The notes below the pieces were generated by a model, which had not been told where the DNA came from, did no database searches, and worked only from the letters and a program-made list of their open reading frames with translations. Made by a program: the position numbers and the translations under genes. A stretch of DNA of 22,131 nucleotides, from the NCBI GenBank assembly GCA_048881705.1, contig JBHLSH010000068.1, positions 1 to 22,131 of the forward strand. Direction: 5' to 3'. Source of the stretch: Candidatus Heimdallarchaeota archaeon (GTDB lineage Archaea; Asgardarchaeota; Heimdallarchaeia; Hodarchaeales; Hodarchaeaceae). Positions 14,438-22,131 of this stretch are shown in pieces; position 1 is the first letter of the stretch; each line of letters begins with the position of its first letter.

Positions 14438-16345
14438 TCACTCTTCTTCAATGGAAGGGGGTAAAATTATCGGTACCTCCCATGTCAGTATTGTTTCCCC
14501 CCCTTCTCTTTCTATTTTTGGATTCTTGGCAGGACCATTAGTTGAAAAGTCCTTTAAGAGCGCAATCGCGGGTTTATTGTTCCCCATTAGCTCTGTAACA
14601 AATTTACTTATTCCTCTAGCACTGGCAACTGTTGTCAGGCAATATAAGAAGAATCTAGCCAATCCTTGGTTTCGATAGTCATCATGGACTAAAAGTGAGA
14701 TTTCCGCAGCCGTTTGATCACGTAATACGTAGAAATGGCCCGTACCTATAATTTGCTCTGAGCTTATCGGCCCCAGAAAGGCAGCGATGCCAAAATCACT
14801 TTTAAAGTCTAGGTTTGCTTCCTTTTGGGCCTCTTTATGTGGTAAGGCGCGGATGGCGCTAAAATAACGGGAGAATCGTGCTTCCGTAGACAAGGAATAA
14901 AAAAACCTCCTGAGCTTATCTTCATCAGAGCTTAAAATCGGACGCACGCGAACGGACTCTCCTTTCTTCAAAGTGAAAAGTTCCTGAAAAGCGAGTGGAT
15001 AGAGGAGGGCTTCGGAGCTGTCATAAAATGTCTGATCAGGATAAATATATCCAAGGTCCAATGCATGTCGAAAAAGGTCTTGCCGGAACTTCGGGTGTGC
15101 TAACTCTATCATTCTCAGAACTCGTTCTCGTAAAGATGCCCCATGCAGATAGGCTATTCCAAATTCTGTAACCACATACTCGATATTCGCTCTGGTAATT
15201 GCGACTCCTGCTCCTGGAGTTAAGTGCGCGACTATCCGTGATTTTTCCCCATTCTTTGCTGTTGATGGCAATGCAATAATTCCCTTTCCATTGGGCGCCA
15301 TTTGAGCACCCAAATGAAGATCTGAGGCTCCACCAATCCCACTATATAAAATATGCCCGAGACTATCCCCCACAACCTGGCCAGTTAGATCTACCTCTAT
15401 TGCGGAATTGATTGCAGTCATTTTGGGATTTTTAGCAATTATATTGGGATCAAGAACGTAATCAGAGGGAAAGAATTGGAAAAAGGGATTGTTATTTACT
15501 GCGTTGTACAGTTTTTTTGTCCCAACACAGAATGCTGCGACGGTCGCGCCAGTATGGATAGTCTTGGCGGAGTTGTTGACAACCCCATTCTCAATTAGAT
15601 CAAGAACTGAGTCATTAATCATCTCCGAGTGTATTCCTAAGTCTTTTTTTGAGGTTAAATACTTGGGAACCGTCAGAGGAACCTTTCCAAAGCCAAATTG
15701 TAGTGTAGATCCATCTTCAACCAATGTAGCAACATTAGAGGCCACTTTTTCGATTTGTGGAGATACTGGAGGAAGTTTCCATTCAATCAGGGGAGCTCTA
15801 TTCTCGACCAGGTAATCAATACCTGAGATCGGAACGAGACTGTCTCCATAGGTCACAGGCATTTCCGGATTAACCTCTGCAATAACCAATCTTGCATTTT
15901 CGATTGCAGCCTTACTAATATCTACATTAATTCCCAAAGAGACAAATCCAGATTCATCTGGCATAGAAGTTTGGATGAGGGCCACATCTATGGGGAGGAC
16001 TTTATTTCGAAATAATCTGGGTACCTTTCGGGTTGAAAGGGGAGTGTAATCCGCCTTTCCTTCTCGTACTGCCTGTCTAAGATTCCCTGTTATGAAAAAA
16101 CTGTTATAACGAAACCGATGGGCGTATTGTTCCTTCACATACGGGGCAGATCCAAGAGAAATTGCGTGATAGATTTCATTATCCAGTGTTTGCATTTCCA
16201 TCGTTGATAAATGCAATAGAAGGAGCTGAGGTTCCGCACATCCCGCCCCCGCGAAAATACGATCTCCAGGTTTTATCTGGGAGAGCGCTTCGGTCGGAGT
16301 GGTTAGTTTGGATTCCCAATCCAGCCCATCTACAGGTTGAAACAT
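14438..16345 (-). CDS. Acetyl-CoA hydrolase/CoA-transferase fused to a C-terminal GNAT acetyltransferase (635 aa)
   Basis: IKPGDRIF.G.GCAEP, DVALIQTSMPD..GFVSLG, TLQFGFGKVP, LGIHSEM (catalytic Glu position), NSAIEVDLTGQV, GIGG, IIALPST, EYVVTEFGIA. The C-terminal ~170 aa read VRVRPILSSDEDKLRRFFYSLS...AEISLLVHDDYRNQGLA (GNAT motif A). Confidence 0.9.
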   Translation of the reverse strand: MFQPVDGLDWESKLTTPTEALSQIKPGDRIFAGAGCAEPQLLLLHLSTMEMQTLDNEIYHAISLGSAPYVKEQYAHRFRYNSFFITGNLRQAVREGKADYTPLSTRKVPRLFRNKVLPIDVALIQTSMPDESGFVSLGINVDISKAAIENARLVIAEVNPEMPVTYGDSLVPISGIDYLVENRAPLIEWKLPPVSPQIEKVASNVATLVEDGSTLQFGFGKVPLTVPKYLTSKKDLGIHSEMINDSVLDLIENGVVNNSAKTIHTGATVAAFCVGTKKLYNAVNNNPFFQFFPSDYVLDPNIIAKNPKMTAINSAIEVDLTGQVVGDSLGHILYSGIGGASDLHLGAQMAPNGKGIIALPSTAKNGEKSRIVAHLTPGAGVAITRANIEYVVTEFGIAYLHGASLRERVLRMIELAHPKFRQDLFRHALDLGYIYPDQTFYDSSEALLYPLAFQELFTLKKGESVRVRPILSSDEDKLRRFFYSLSTEARFSRYFSAIRALPHKEAQKEANLDFKSDFGIAAFLGPISSEQIIGTGHFYVLRDQTAAEISLLVHDDYRNQGLARFFLYCLTTVASARGISKFVTELMGNNKPAIALLKDFSTNGPAKNPKIEREGGETILTWEVPIILPPSIEEE

Positions 16346-16547
16346 GGTTTTCAGACCCTGAAAAATGACTGAAAGGTTTGTCCTATTCTCTGATATTAGT
16401 CTTCGGGTTGAAATTCTTTGTCATAAGTACACTGTAACCTCAAACTCTGTCAGCATCCTATTGATTAGCTATTGTTAAGAGAAAATTCAAACCAGCTAGT
16501 TTTCAAACATGACTCAAGCCAGCTTATCTGGTAGTATAACTTAAGGG

Positions 16548-19523
16548 ATGTGTGTTATTACGTCCACTCTTTCTTTTTCTCCTGATGTTATTAAAAATGG
16601 ACTAGAAAATATAATTCATGGTGAAGCTGTCAGCAGCGAAATTACACGATATTTGTTCAGTACTGATGCATCTGTATACCGTATTATGCCATCTTGTGTT
16701 GTTTTTCCAAAAAATCCAGAGGATGTGAAGACCGTCCTCAAATTTGCCAATTCTCGGGGAATACCAGTACATGCACGGGGGGCAGGATCTGGTCTTGGCG
16801 GTGCCGCGCTTGGAAGCGGCATTATTCTCGCCATGAGAAAATTCATGAACAAAATAATCGAGATTAATGACAAGGAAAACTACGCTATTGTACAACCAGG
16901 CGTCATTTGTGGAAAACTGAATAAAGAACTTGCCAAAATTGGGAAAATTGTTTACGTGGATAATTCCTCGGAAAATTACGCCTCGTTGGGAGGGATGATC
17001 GGTACGAATTCGTCGGGAGCTCATGCAGTTAAGTATGGATATATGGCAGACTTTGTTGAAGAGTTAACAGTTATTTTGTCAAATGGGGAGGAAATAAAGA
17101 CGCATCCAATGGAAATAGGCTCGCCTGAGTATAATGGGATTACTTCTCGCGATACACTTGAAGCAGAGATCTATAAAACCGCTGTCAGCCTGGTTAATAA
17201 TCAAAGGACACAGGAGCTGATTGCATCAAACTTTCCAAAGGTTCGCATGAGTGTCAGTGGGTATAATATTCGTGATCTTATCAAGGACAATATCATTGAT
17301 CTATCCAAGCTCTTTTTAGGTTCTGAAGCTACTCTGGGGATAGTTGTAGAAGCTAAGCTGAAATTGATACCTAAACCAACCAAAATGTCGTTGGTTGTTA
17401 TCGAATTTGAGAATCTAATGAAATCGGGTACCGCAGTTGAGATAATAGTGAGAGAAATCGGGCCTGCTGCGATCGAGATTCTCGGTAAAAGCGTTCTAGA
17501 GATTGGGGTGAATGTCGACCCCTCATTAAAGCAAGTACTACCAGATCCATTACCTGATAATGTGCTTTATGTTGAATTCGATGAAGAAAATCCCAAGGTT
17601 AGAGCAGACAAGGTCGCTCAGGTACGTAAGGTAATTCTCGAGGAGAAAAGGCTAGCAAAAAATATGAAAGCTAGTGATGATCCTATAGAGCAAGCTGCAT
17701 TGTGGAAAGTAAGAAAGGAAGCAGTTCCTCTTTTGCAAATCCTTCGAGGCGATCCACGGCGGATAATGGCATTTGTTGAAGACCAAACTGTACCCTTAGA
17801 ACATTTAGGAAGCTATATGACTACCCTCCGGGAACAAGTTTTCCCTAAACACGGGATTAAAGCGGCCATTTATGGCCATGCGGCCAAAGGGCTGGTACAC
17901 ACACGTCCATTTGTAAGCACTCGGGATGCAAAGGATCTACAGATTATTGAGAAAATCGCAGAAGAAGTAAATACCACTGTTATCGGATTCGGTGGATCAA
18001 TTTCAGGGGAGCATAATGACGGGTTCACACGTATTAATTTCATTAAACGCCTGTATGGAGAAGAAATTTATGATATTTTTAAGCGAATAAAGAAAACAGC
18101 GGACCCGAACACCATCCTCAATCCTGACAAAAAAATCACAGAGAAGAAGAATCTTCTAACGTCCAACCTCCGATATGGAGCCAATTACGAAAGTATTCCC
18201 TTGGAGACCAACCTTGTTTGGCTAGAAAAACGGGCTTTTGAGGATGAAATCGAAAGCTGTCATGGATGCGGTAAATGTACCGTTGAATTCTTACCAGCGC
18301 GTGATTGCCCAATTTATCGGGCCAAGATCGATACGACGGAAGAACTATCCGCTCCCCGAGCGCGATCGAATTTAATGAGGGGAATCATTAGTGGGCAATT
18401 AGATCACAAACTTCTTTATACAAAAGAGGCCAGGCAAATCCTAGAGGATTGTGCGGGATGCATGATGTGCCTGGTGGACTGCCCCTCCTTCATTAACGTA
18501 CCTAAGTTTAGTTTTGACGCAAAAGTGATGCATTATAAGCAATCTCGGTGGCCCTTCATTGGGAAAATCCCTAGTGGGAATTGGTTTAGTGGAAATTTCG
18601 AGTTTTTGGCCCGACGGGGGAGCACGTTCGCACCCCTCGCAAACATAGGTCTTTGGGGTCCAAACAGATACCTCATGCACTTGGTTGGACTTCATCGCAA
18701 GGCAAAATTTCCGAAGTTTCGCAGAAATACATTCAGAAAGTGGTTCAAAAGTTATCGAAAGGCTAATCCAGCTCCTGCTACCCCGGTCAAAAAAGTGGCC
18801 ATTTTTCATGGATGTTTTGCCAATTATACTGATAACACCGACATAGCCGCCGCTCATGTACAGGTTCTTGAGAAAAACAATATAGAAGTCGTGGTTCCAG
18901 AAAAACAGTATTGCTGCGGGATCCCACTTCTAGCCAATGGATTGGGAACGATCGCAGTAGAAAAGGGCAAGAAAAATACCGAAACGTTTGCAGGTCTTGT
19001 CAAACAAGGATATGATGTTGTCACGCAATGTTCCTCATGTTATGCGACTCTAGAAGACGAGCTGTATGAAACCCTTGTGGGTACAGAAGACGCCAAGCTT
19101 GTCAAAGAGAATCTACATTTCTTCTCGGACTATATCTTAAAACTGAAGGCCGAGGGAAAACTAAATACTGAGTTCAATGGCCGTTCTAAACTCCGCTACG
19201 GATACCATGAACCTTGTCACCTGATTAGCTCTGGGAAAAAGGGAATCTCAGTAAAAATGTTGAAGGATCTACCTAATGTAGACCTTATACCGCTCAAAAC
19301 AGAGTGTTGTGGTATGTTGGGGTCGTGGGGGTTTAAAGCAAAGAATTACAAGTACAGTCAGAAGTTGGCCGACGAAACACTATATCCTGAAGCGAATCGG
19401 GAAGATGTGGACGTACTGGTGACCGATTGTCCCACCTGTAAATTGCAGTTATTGAATGTAGATAAAAAAATCTATCATCCCACACAAGTTCTCCGGGATG
19501 CCTACGGTTTAAAGCATTCCTAG
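16548..19523 (+). CDS. FAD-binding / 4Fe-4S / CCG-domain oxidoreductase (GlcD-GlcF or YdiJ-like fusion; probable lactate/glycolate-type 2-hydroxyacid dehydrogenase), 991 aa
   Basis: STDASVY..MPSCVVFP, RGAGSGLGG, VQPGV, SLGGMIGTNSSG, GSEATLG, GHAAKGLVHTRP, GEHNDG and ILNP (FAD_binding_4 plus FAD-oxidase C). Fe-S motifs CHGCGKC-x9-CP and CAGCMMCLVDCP, then two CCG domains (HGCF...YCCG...QCSSC; HEPCH...ECCG...DCPTC). Substrate cannot be fixed from sequence. Confidence 0.88.
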   Translation: MCVITSTLSFSPDVIKNGLENIIHGEAVSSEITRYLFSTDASVYRIMPSCVVFPKNPEDVKTVLKFANSRGIPVHARGAGSGLGGAALGSGIILAMRKFMNKIIEINDKENYAIVQPGVICGKLNKELAKIGKIVYVDNSSENYASLGGMIGTNSSGAHAVKYGYMADFVEELTVILSNGEEIKTHPMEIGSPEYNGITSRDTLEAEIYKTAVSLVNNQRTQELIASNFPKVRMSVSGYNIRDLIKDNIIDLSKLFLGSEATLGIVVEAKLKLIPKPTKMSLVVIEFENLMKSGTAVEIIVREIGPAAIEILGKSVLEIGVNVDPSLKQVLPDPLPDNVLYVEFDEENPKVRADKVAQVRKVILEEKRLAKNMKASDDPIEQAALWKVRKEAVPLLQILRGDPRRIMAFVEDQTVPLEHLGSYMTTLREQVFPKHGIKAAIYGHAAKGLVHTRPFVSTRDAKDLQIIEKIAEEVNTTVIGFGGSISGEHNDGFTRINFIKRLYGEEIYDIFKRIKKTADPNTILNPDKKITEKKNLLTSNLRYGANYESIPLETNLVWLEKRAFEDEIESCHGCGKCTVEFLPARDCPIYRAKIDTTEELSAPRARSNLMRGIISGQLDHKLLYTKEARQILEDCAGCMMCLVDCPSFINVPKFSFDAKVMHYKQSRWPFIGKIPSGNWFSGNFEFLARRGSTFAPLANIGLWGPNRYLMHLVGLHRKAKFPKFRRNTFRKWFKSYRKANPAPATPVKKVAIFHGCFANYTDNTDIAAAHVQVLEKNNIEVVVPEKQYCCGIPLLANGLGTIAVEKGKKNTETFAGLVKQGYDVVTQCSSCYATLEDELYETLVGTEDAKLVKENLHFFSDYILKLKAEGKLNTEFNGRSKLRYGYHEPCHLISSGKKGISVKMLKDLPNVDLIPLKTECCGMLGSWGFKAKNYKYSQKLADETLYPEANREDVDVLVTDCPTCKLQLLNVDKKIYHPTQVLRDAYGLKHS

Positions 19524-19816
19524 TGGGATTCAAGACCATGGCTTCACGGGTTCCCGATATACCAGGGACATAAAATGTGGCCGATCTGGGTTAAGAGTTT
19601 TGACTGGAACTTACGTCCACAAATAGGTTTTTAGACAGAGTCAAGAACAAATAATCCGATAATCTGGTTTTTGTTCTGGTATGAAAACTGCGAGTCTCTA
19701 ACAACGTTGATAAACAACACGTTTCTTTTTTCGTCTACTGAAACGATTTATCTGATCGAACTTCATGAGATGATGTTTTCTAAAATTCGTTTAGATGACA
19801 GGACGAAAACAGAAAC

Positions 19817-19822
19817 GAGGTG
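19817..19822 (+). promoter_or_regulatory. Shine-Dalgarno (GAGGTG) for the DUF3303-like ORF
   Basis: Archaeal-type GAGGTG 6 nt upstream of TTG 19829. Confidence 0.7.
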
Positions 19823-19828
19823 TAACTG

Positions 19829-20089
19829 TTGAAATTTTTATCCACATTCAAAATAGGAAATGTAGAAGACCTTAAAGCTGCGGAAAAAAAACGTAATGAG
19901 CTTCCAGATTTCGGGATAACGCCAATTTCCGAATCTTATGGAATCATCGGTCAGCTGAAAGGATTTCAGATCCTCGAATCTGAGGATGAGAAAGCTCTCG
20001 AAAAATTGGCCTTGTATTATCTCCCGGAGGTTCAATTCAAATTTAAACCCATAATTAAGGTTAGTGAAATCTCCAAAATCATGTCATAG
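19829..20089 (+). CDS. Small DUF3303-like alpha/beta (dimeric barrel-type) protein, 86 aa
   Basis: MKFLSTFK...KGFQILESEDEKALEKLALYYLPEVQFKFKPII fits the recalled DUF3303 pattern (GfaivEaddxeal...p.veFevxPv). Strong SD and TTG start. Confidence 0.6.
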   Translation: MKFLSTFKIGNVEDLKAAEKKRNELPDFGITPISESYGIIGQLKGFQILESEDEKALEKLALYYLPEVQFKFKPIIKVSEISKIMS

Positions 20090-20102
20090 GCCGTTTAGCA
20101 AG

Positions 20103-20130
20103 TTATTTTCCCTTTTTCTCCCTTTTTTTA
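20103..20130 (+). terminator. Candidate archaeal oligo-U terminator
   Basis: TTATTTTCCCTTTTTCTCCCTTTTTTTA, 13 nt after the stop of the DUF3303-like gene. Confidence 0.5.
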
Positions 20131-20436
20131 TTAGGTCGGGAAAATCTAATTATGGTGTTACCTTGAAAACACCAGTTCTGTCTTCGAAGCAGAATCGACC
20201 AGAAATCATTGTTTCATAGACCTTAATTTTGAGTTTTTGGACATTAAATTGGGGTAACAAGGATATAAAAATTGGCGGTTTTCTCGTTTAGACTACGATC
20301 TTAGAATTCCTTTAATTGCATGAAATTTTCGAGATTGTGATGGGATTTCTTATTTAACCTTCCGCATTAAAAGCCAAATGACAGGCTTATACCAAAAAAC
20401 CTGTTGTCGTTCGTATAGGAATTTTTGGAAGGAATA

Positions 20437-21600
20437 ATGCCACTTTCACTAGATTTACCCAAAACGGATCTGGAGTTTCTGAAACTAACTGTCTTGGAAA
20501 GTACACAAAGACGAAGTCAAACCTTATCTAAGATTCAACAGAGCATAGAGGACATTAAAGAAATTCTTGAGAGGGATGCAGACTATAATAGGGATGTACG
20601 GATACAAGAGTTGGAATCAAATCTTGTAGAAAATAAAATCAGCTTTTTTCGAGCCCAAACAGAACGAGAAATTAAGAATGCCATAATAGAATTTTTAGAT
20701 TTATCAAATGAGCGCAATGTTCTCATAGAACTAGCGGAGGATCTTTTGGTAGATGATGTTTACAGTATGCTTTCCTCCCAAAATATCGCTCCCGTGGTTT
20801 GCCATCCTTCAGTTTTAGATACAGAACCATTCAATGTGAAAACGGGCATTAAAAGATTGAATTATTTTCCACTCGAGGATGACAAGTTACGATACTTTTA
20901 CAGGAAAATCAGAGAAAAGTCACTTTACTCATCGACAGGTGTATCATCAGCTGATTTTTTGGCATTCGATACGGGCACTATTATTATAAGAGACCTGCAA
21001 CGTTGGCGAGGAATCTTAACAACAGCACCAGTAAAACATCTCGCTGTTGTAAATATAGACAAAGCAATGAAGTATCATTCTATCTTAGGTTTTCTGAATG
21101 CGATGAAAATCATCAATCCTCAATACCTGGATACCAATTTTCTGATTTCTAGCAGCCCTTCGAGGACAGGGGATATTGAACGAATACTTGTTTATGGTGC
21201 TCATGGACCTCTTTCAGTCGGAGTGATAGCGGTTGATAGCGAATTTCCTGACGTTCCTGGGAATAGATCCGATTTATATCCTTTAAGTCTGGTTTTAGAT
21301 GCCTTATTTCCTGAGCTCAAACACATCGCGAATTTTCTCGATGTCCCTACAATTAATCCCATTACAATGTGGAGATTTATAACCAATTCGAACGCTCAAA
21401 GTCATTGGGCGCTTGCGCACACAGTTTTAAACCGGGTTGAAAACTCGGATTTAGCCTTGCCTAGGAATATCATTAATGCTTACACTGCGATCAAATCTGA
21501 AGCGGCAAATATCGGTAATCTTGGTGCGGAAGAAACAGATCGTTTAGAAAAGGACCTGTATACGCTATTAACAAGTCTAGAAGTTACAAGGAAGGACTAA
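20437..21600 (+). CDS. LUD-domain (LutB/LutC, lactate utilisation-like) protein with a Cys-free C-terminal region, ~387 aa
   Basis: GVSSADFLAFDTGTI, APVKHLAVVNIDK and SSPSRTGDIERILVYGAHGP match the LUD motif set. ATG 20437 preceded by GAAGGA is preferred over TTG 20425. Only one Cys in the protein. Confidence 0.82.
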   Translation: MPLSLDLPKTDLEFLKLTVLESTQRRSQTLSKIQQSIEDIKEILERDADYNRDVRIQELESNLVENKISFFRAQTEREIKNAIIEFLDLSNERNVLIELAEDLLVDDVYSMLSSQNIAPVVCHPSVLDTEPFNVKTGIKRLNYFPLEDDKLRYFYRKIREKSLYSSTGVSSADFLAFDTGTIIIRDLQRWRGILTTAPVKHLAVVNIDKAMKYHSILGFLNAMKIINPQYLDTNFLISSSPSRTGDIERILVYGAHGPLSVGVIAVDSEFPDVPGNRSDLYPLSLVLDALFPELKHIANFLDVPTINPITMWRFITNSNAQSHWALAHTVLNRVENSDLALPRNIINAYTAIKSEAANIGNLGAEETDRLEKDLYTLLTSLEVTRKD

Positions 21601-21632
21601 TCATAGCTAAATATCCTGCCATATTGGCTCTT

Positions 21633-22131
21633 ATGAAAGACATGATCCAGAAGTACCGATCCCCTCTAGGGATCCCCTTGACTACAAACGCCAGTTGGTG
21701 TAACGATGGTCACGAAAGTCACCCTAAGGTGGTGTATTCGGGTGCCCTGTATGTCACAATGAGTGTTGTATCGAAAATGTCAAGGATTTTACCTTTAGTA
21801 CTTCGAAATCCGACGAAAGAGGCTCGAATTAAACTTATCGGAAGGTTTGCATTTTTCTCTCGGTTATTTTTATGGATGCCATTTTTACGGGATAGAAAAT
21901 TGGCAAACGTGCCCAAAAGAGGCCTAAAGATCCTCCACTCATTAGGATATGATGATATTCGATGTTTGGATGTTGAACCATATTCTGGAGTTCTTTTATA
22001 CGATCTAGGTTTCGAAGAGGAATTACTTGAATACGGGCGTTATCTTCGCGACTTTTTTCATTCTCGTAACGTTGAAGAGATAATATTACTTGATCCTCAC
22101 ACCTATGAACTCTTCACTACTGTTTATGCAA
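21633..22131 (+). CDS. 3'-partial CCG-like '(Fe-S)-binding protein' family ORF, probable partner of the LUD protein (missing from the ORF track because it has no stop in the window)
   Basis: Frame is open from 21519 to the window end. From ATG 21633 (or TTG 21624) it reads MKDMIQKYRSPLGIP...SW...KVVYSGALYVT...GLKILHSLGYDDIRCLDVEPYSGVLLYDLGFEEELLEYGRYLRDFFHSRNVEEIILLDPHTYELFTTVYA. EPYSG and DPHT occupy the positions of ExCCG and CPxC of CCG domains. Confidence 0.72.
   Translation, partial: MKDMIQKYRSPLGIPLTTNASWCNDGHESHPKVVYSGALYVTMSVVSKMSRILPLVLRNPTKEARIKLIGRFAFFSRLFLWMPFLRDRKLANVPKRGLKILHSLGYDDIRCLDVEPYSGVLLYDLGFEEELLEYGRYLRDFFHSRNVEEIILLDPHTYELFTTVYA

Noticed and set aside
19634-19677. AGAACAAA...TTTGTTCT inverted repeat after the oxidoreductase
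   Set aside because: 8-bp AT-rich arms with a long, poorly pairing loop are compatible with chance.
13627-20035. Shadow ORFs over the GTPase, CoA-transferase, oxidoreductase and DUF3303-like genes (e.g. 13627-13827, 15489-15815, 16602-17024, 18441-18857, 19838-20035)
   Set aside because: Antisense overlaps of well-supported genes with no independent evidence.
21719-21916. 65-aa minus-strand ORF near the window end
   Set aside because: It is antisense to the better-supported plus-strand CCG-like ORF that runs off the window.
1-22131. CRISPR array, tRNA/rRNA, IS element, integrase or prophage signature
   Set aside because: No regularly spaced nucleotide repeats, cloverleaf, transposase/integrase motifs or terminal repeats were seen. 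The only large repeats are protein-level and diverged.

Overview
Archaeal window, most likely from an Asgard archaeon. This is an inference from a Rab-like GTPase with no prenylation motif, a eukaryote-like topoisomerase VI and GGAGG/GAGGTG ribosome-binding sites. The left 13.5 kb is a tightly packed, probably co-transcribed topoisomerase cluster: gyrB (5'-truncated by the window), gyrA, top6B, top6A and an unannotated ORF with protein-kinase-like motifs. Both Topo VI subunits carry unusual extra domains. Top6B is about 2,322 aa: an intact GHKL/H2TH/transducer core followed by about 1,730 aa of roughly 28 tandem (HhH)2-like repeats (counted by eye), an architecture reminiscent of Methanopyrus Topo V. 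Top6A (Spo11 homolog, catalytic Tyr and TOPRIM intact) begins with an ~85-aa domain that aligns to ubiquitin but lacks the terminal GG. The right part holds a convergent Rab-like GTPase, a 51-aa zinc-finger protein, an acetyl-CoA hydrolase/transferase-GNAT fusion and a divergent lactate/glycolate-type oxidation cluster. That cluster comprises an FAD/4Fe-4S/CCG oxidoreductase, a DUF3303-like protein, a LUD protein whose ferredoxin-like region has lost its cysteines, and a 3'-truncated Cys-poor CCG-like ORF missed by the ORF track. I saw no rRNA, tRNA, CRISPR array or mobile element. All family assignments come from motif reading and recalled consensus sequences, not database searches.
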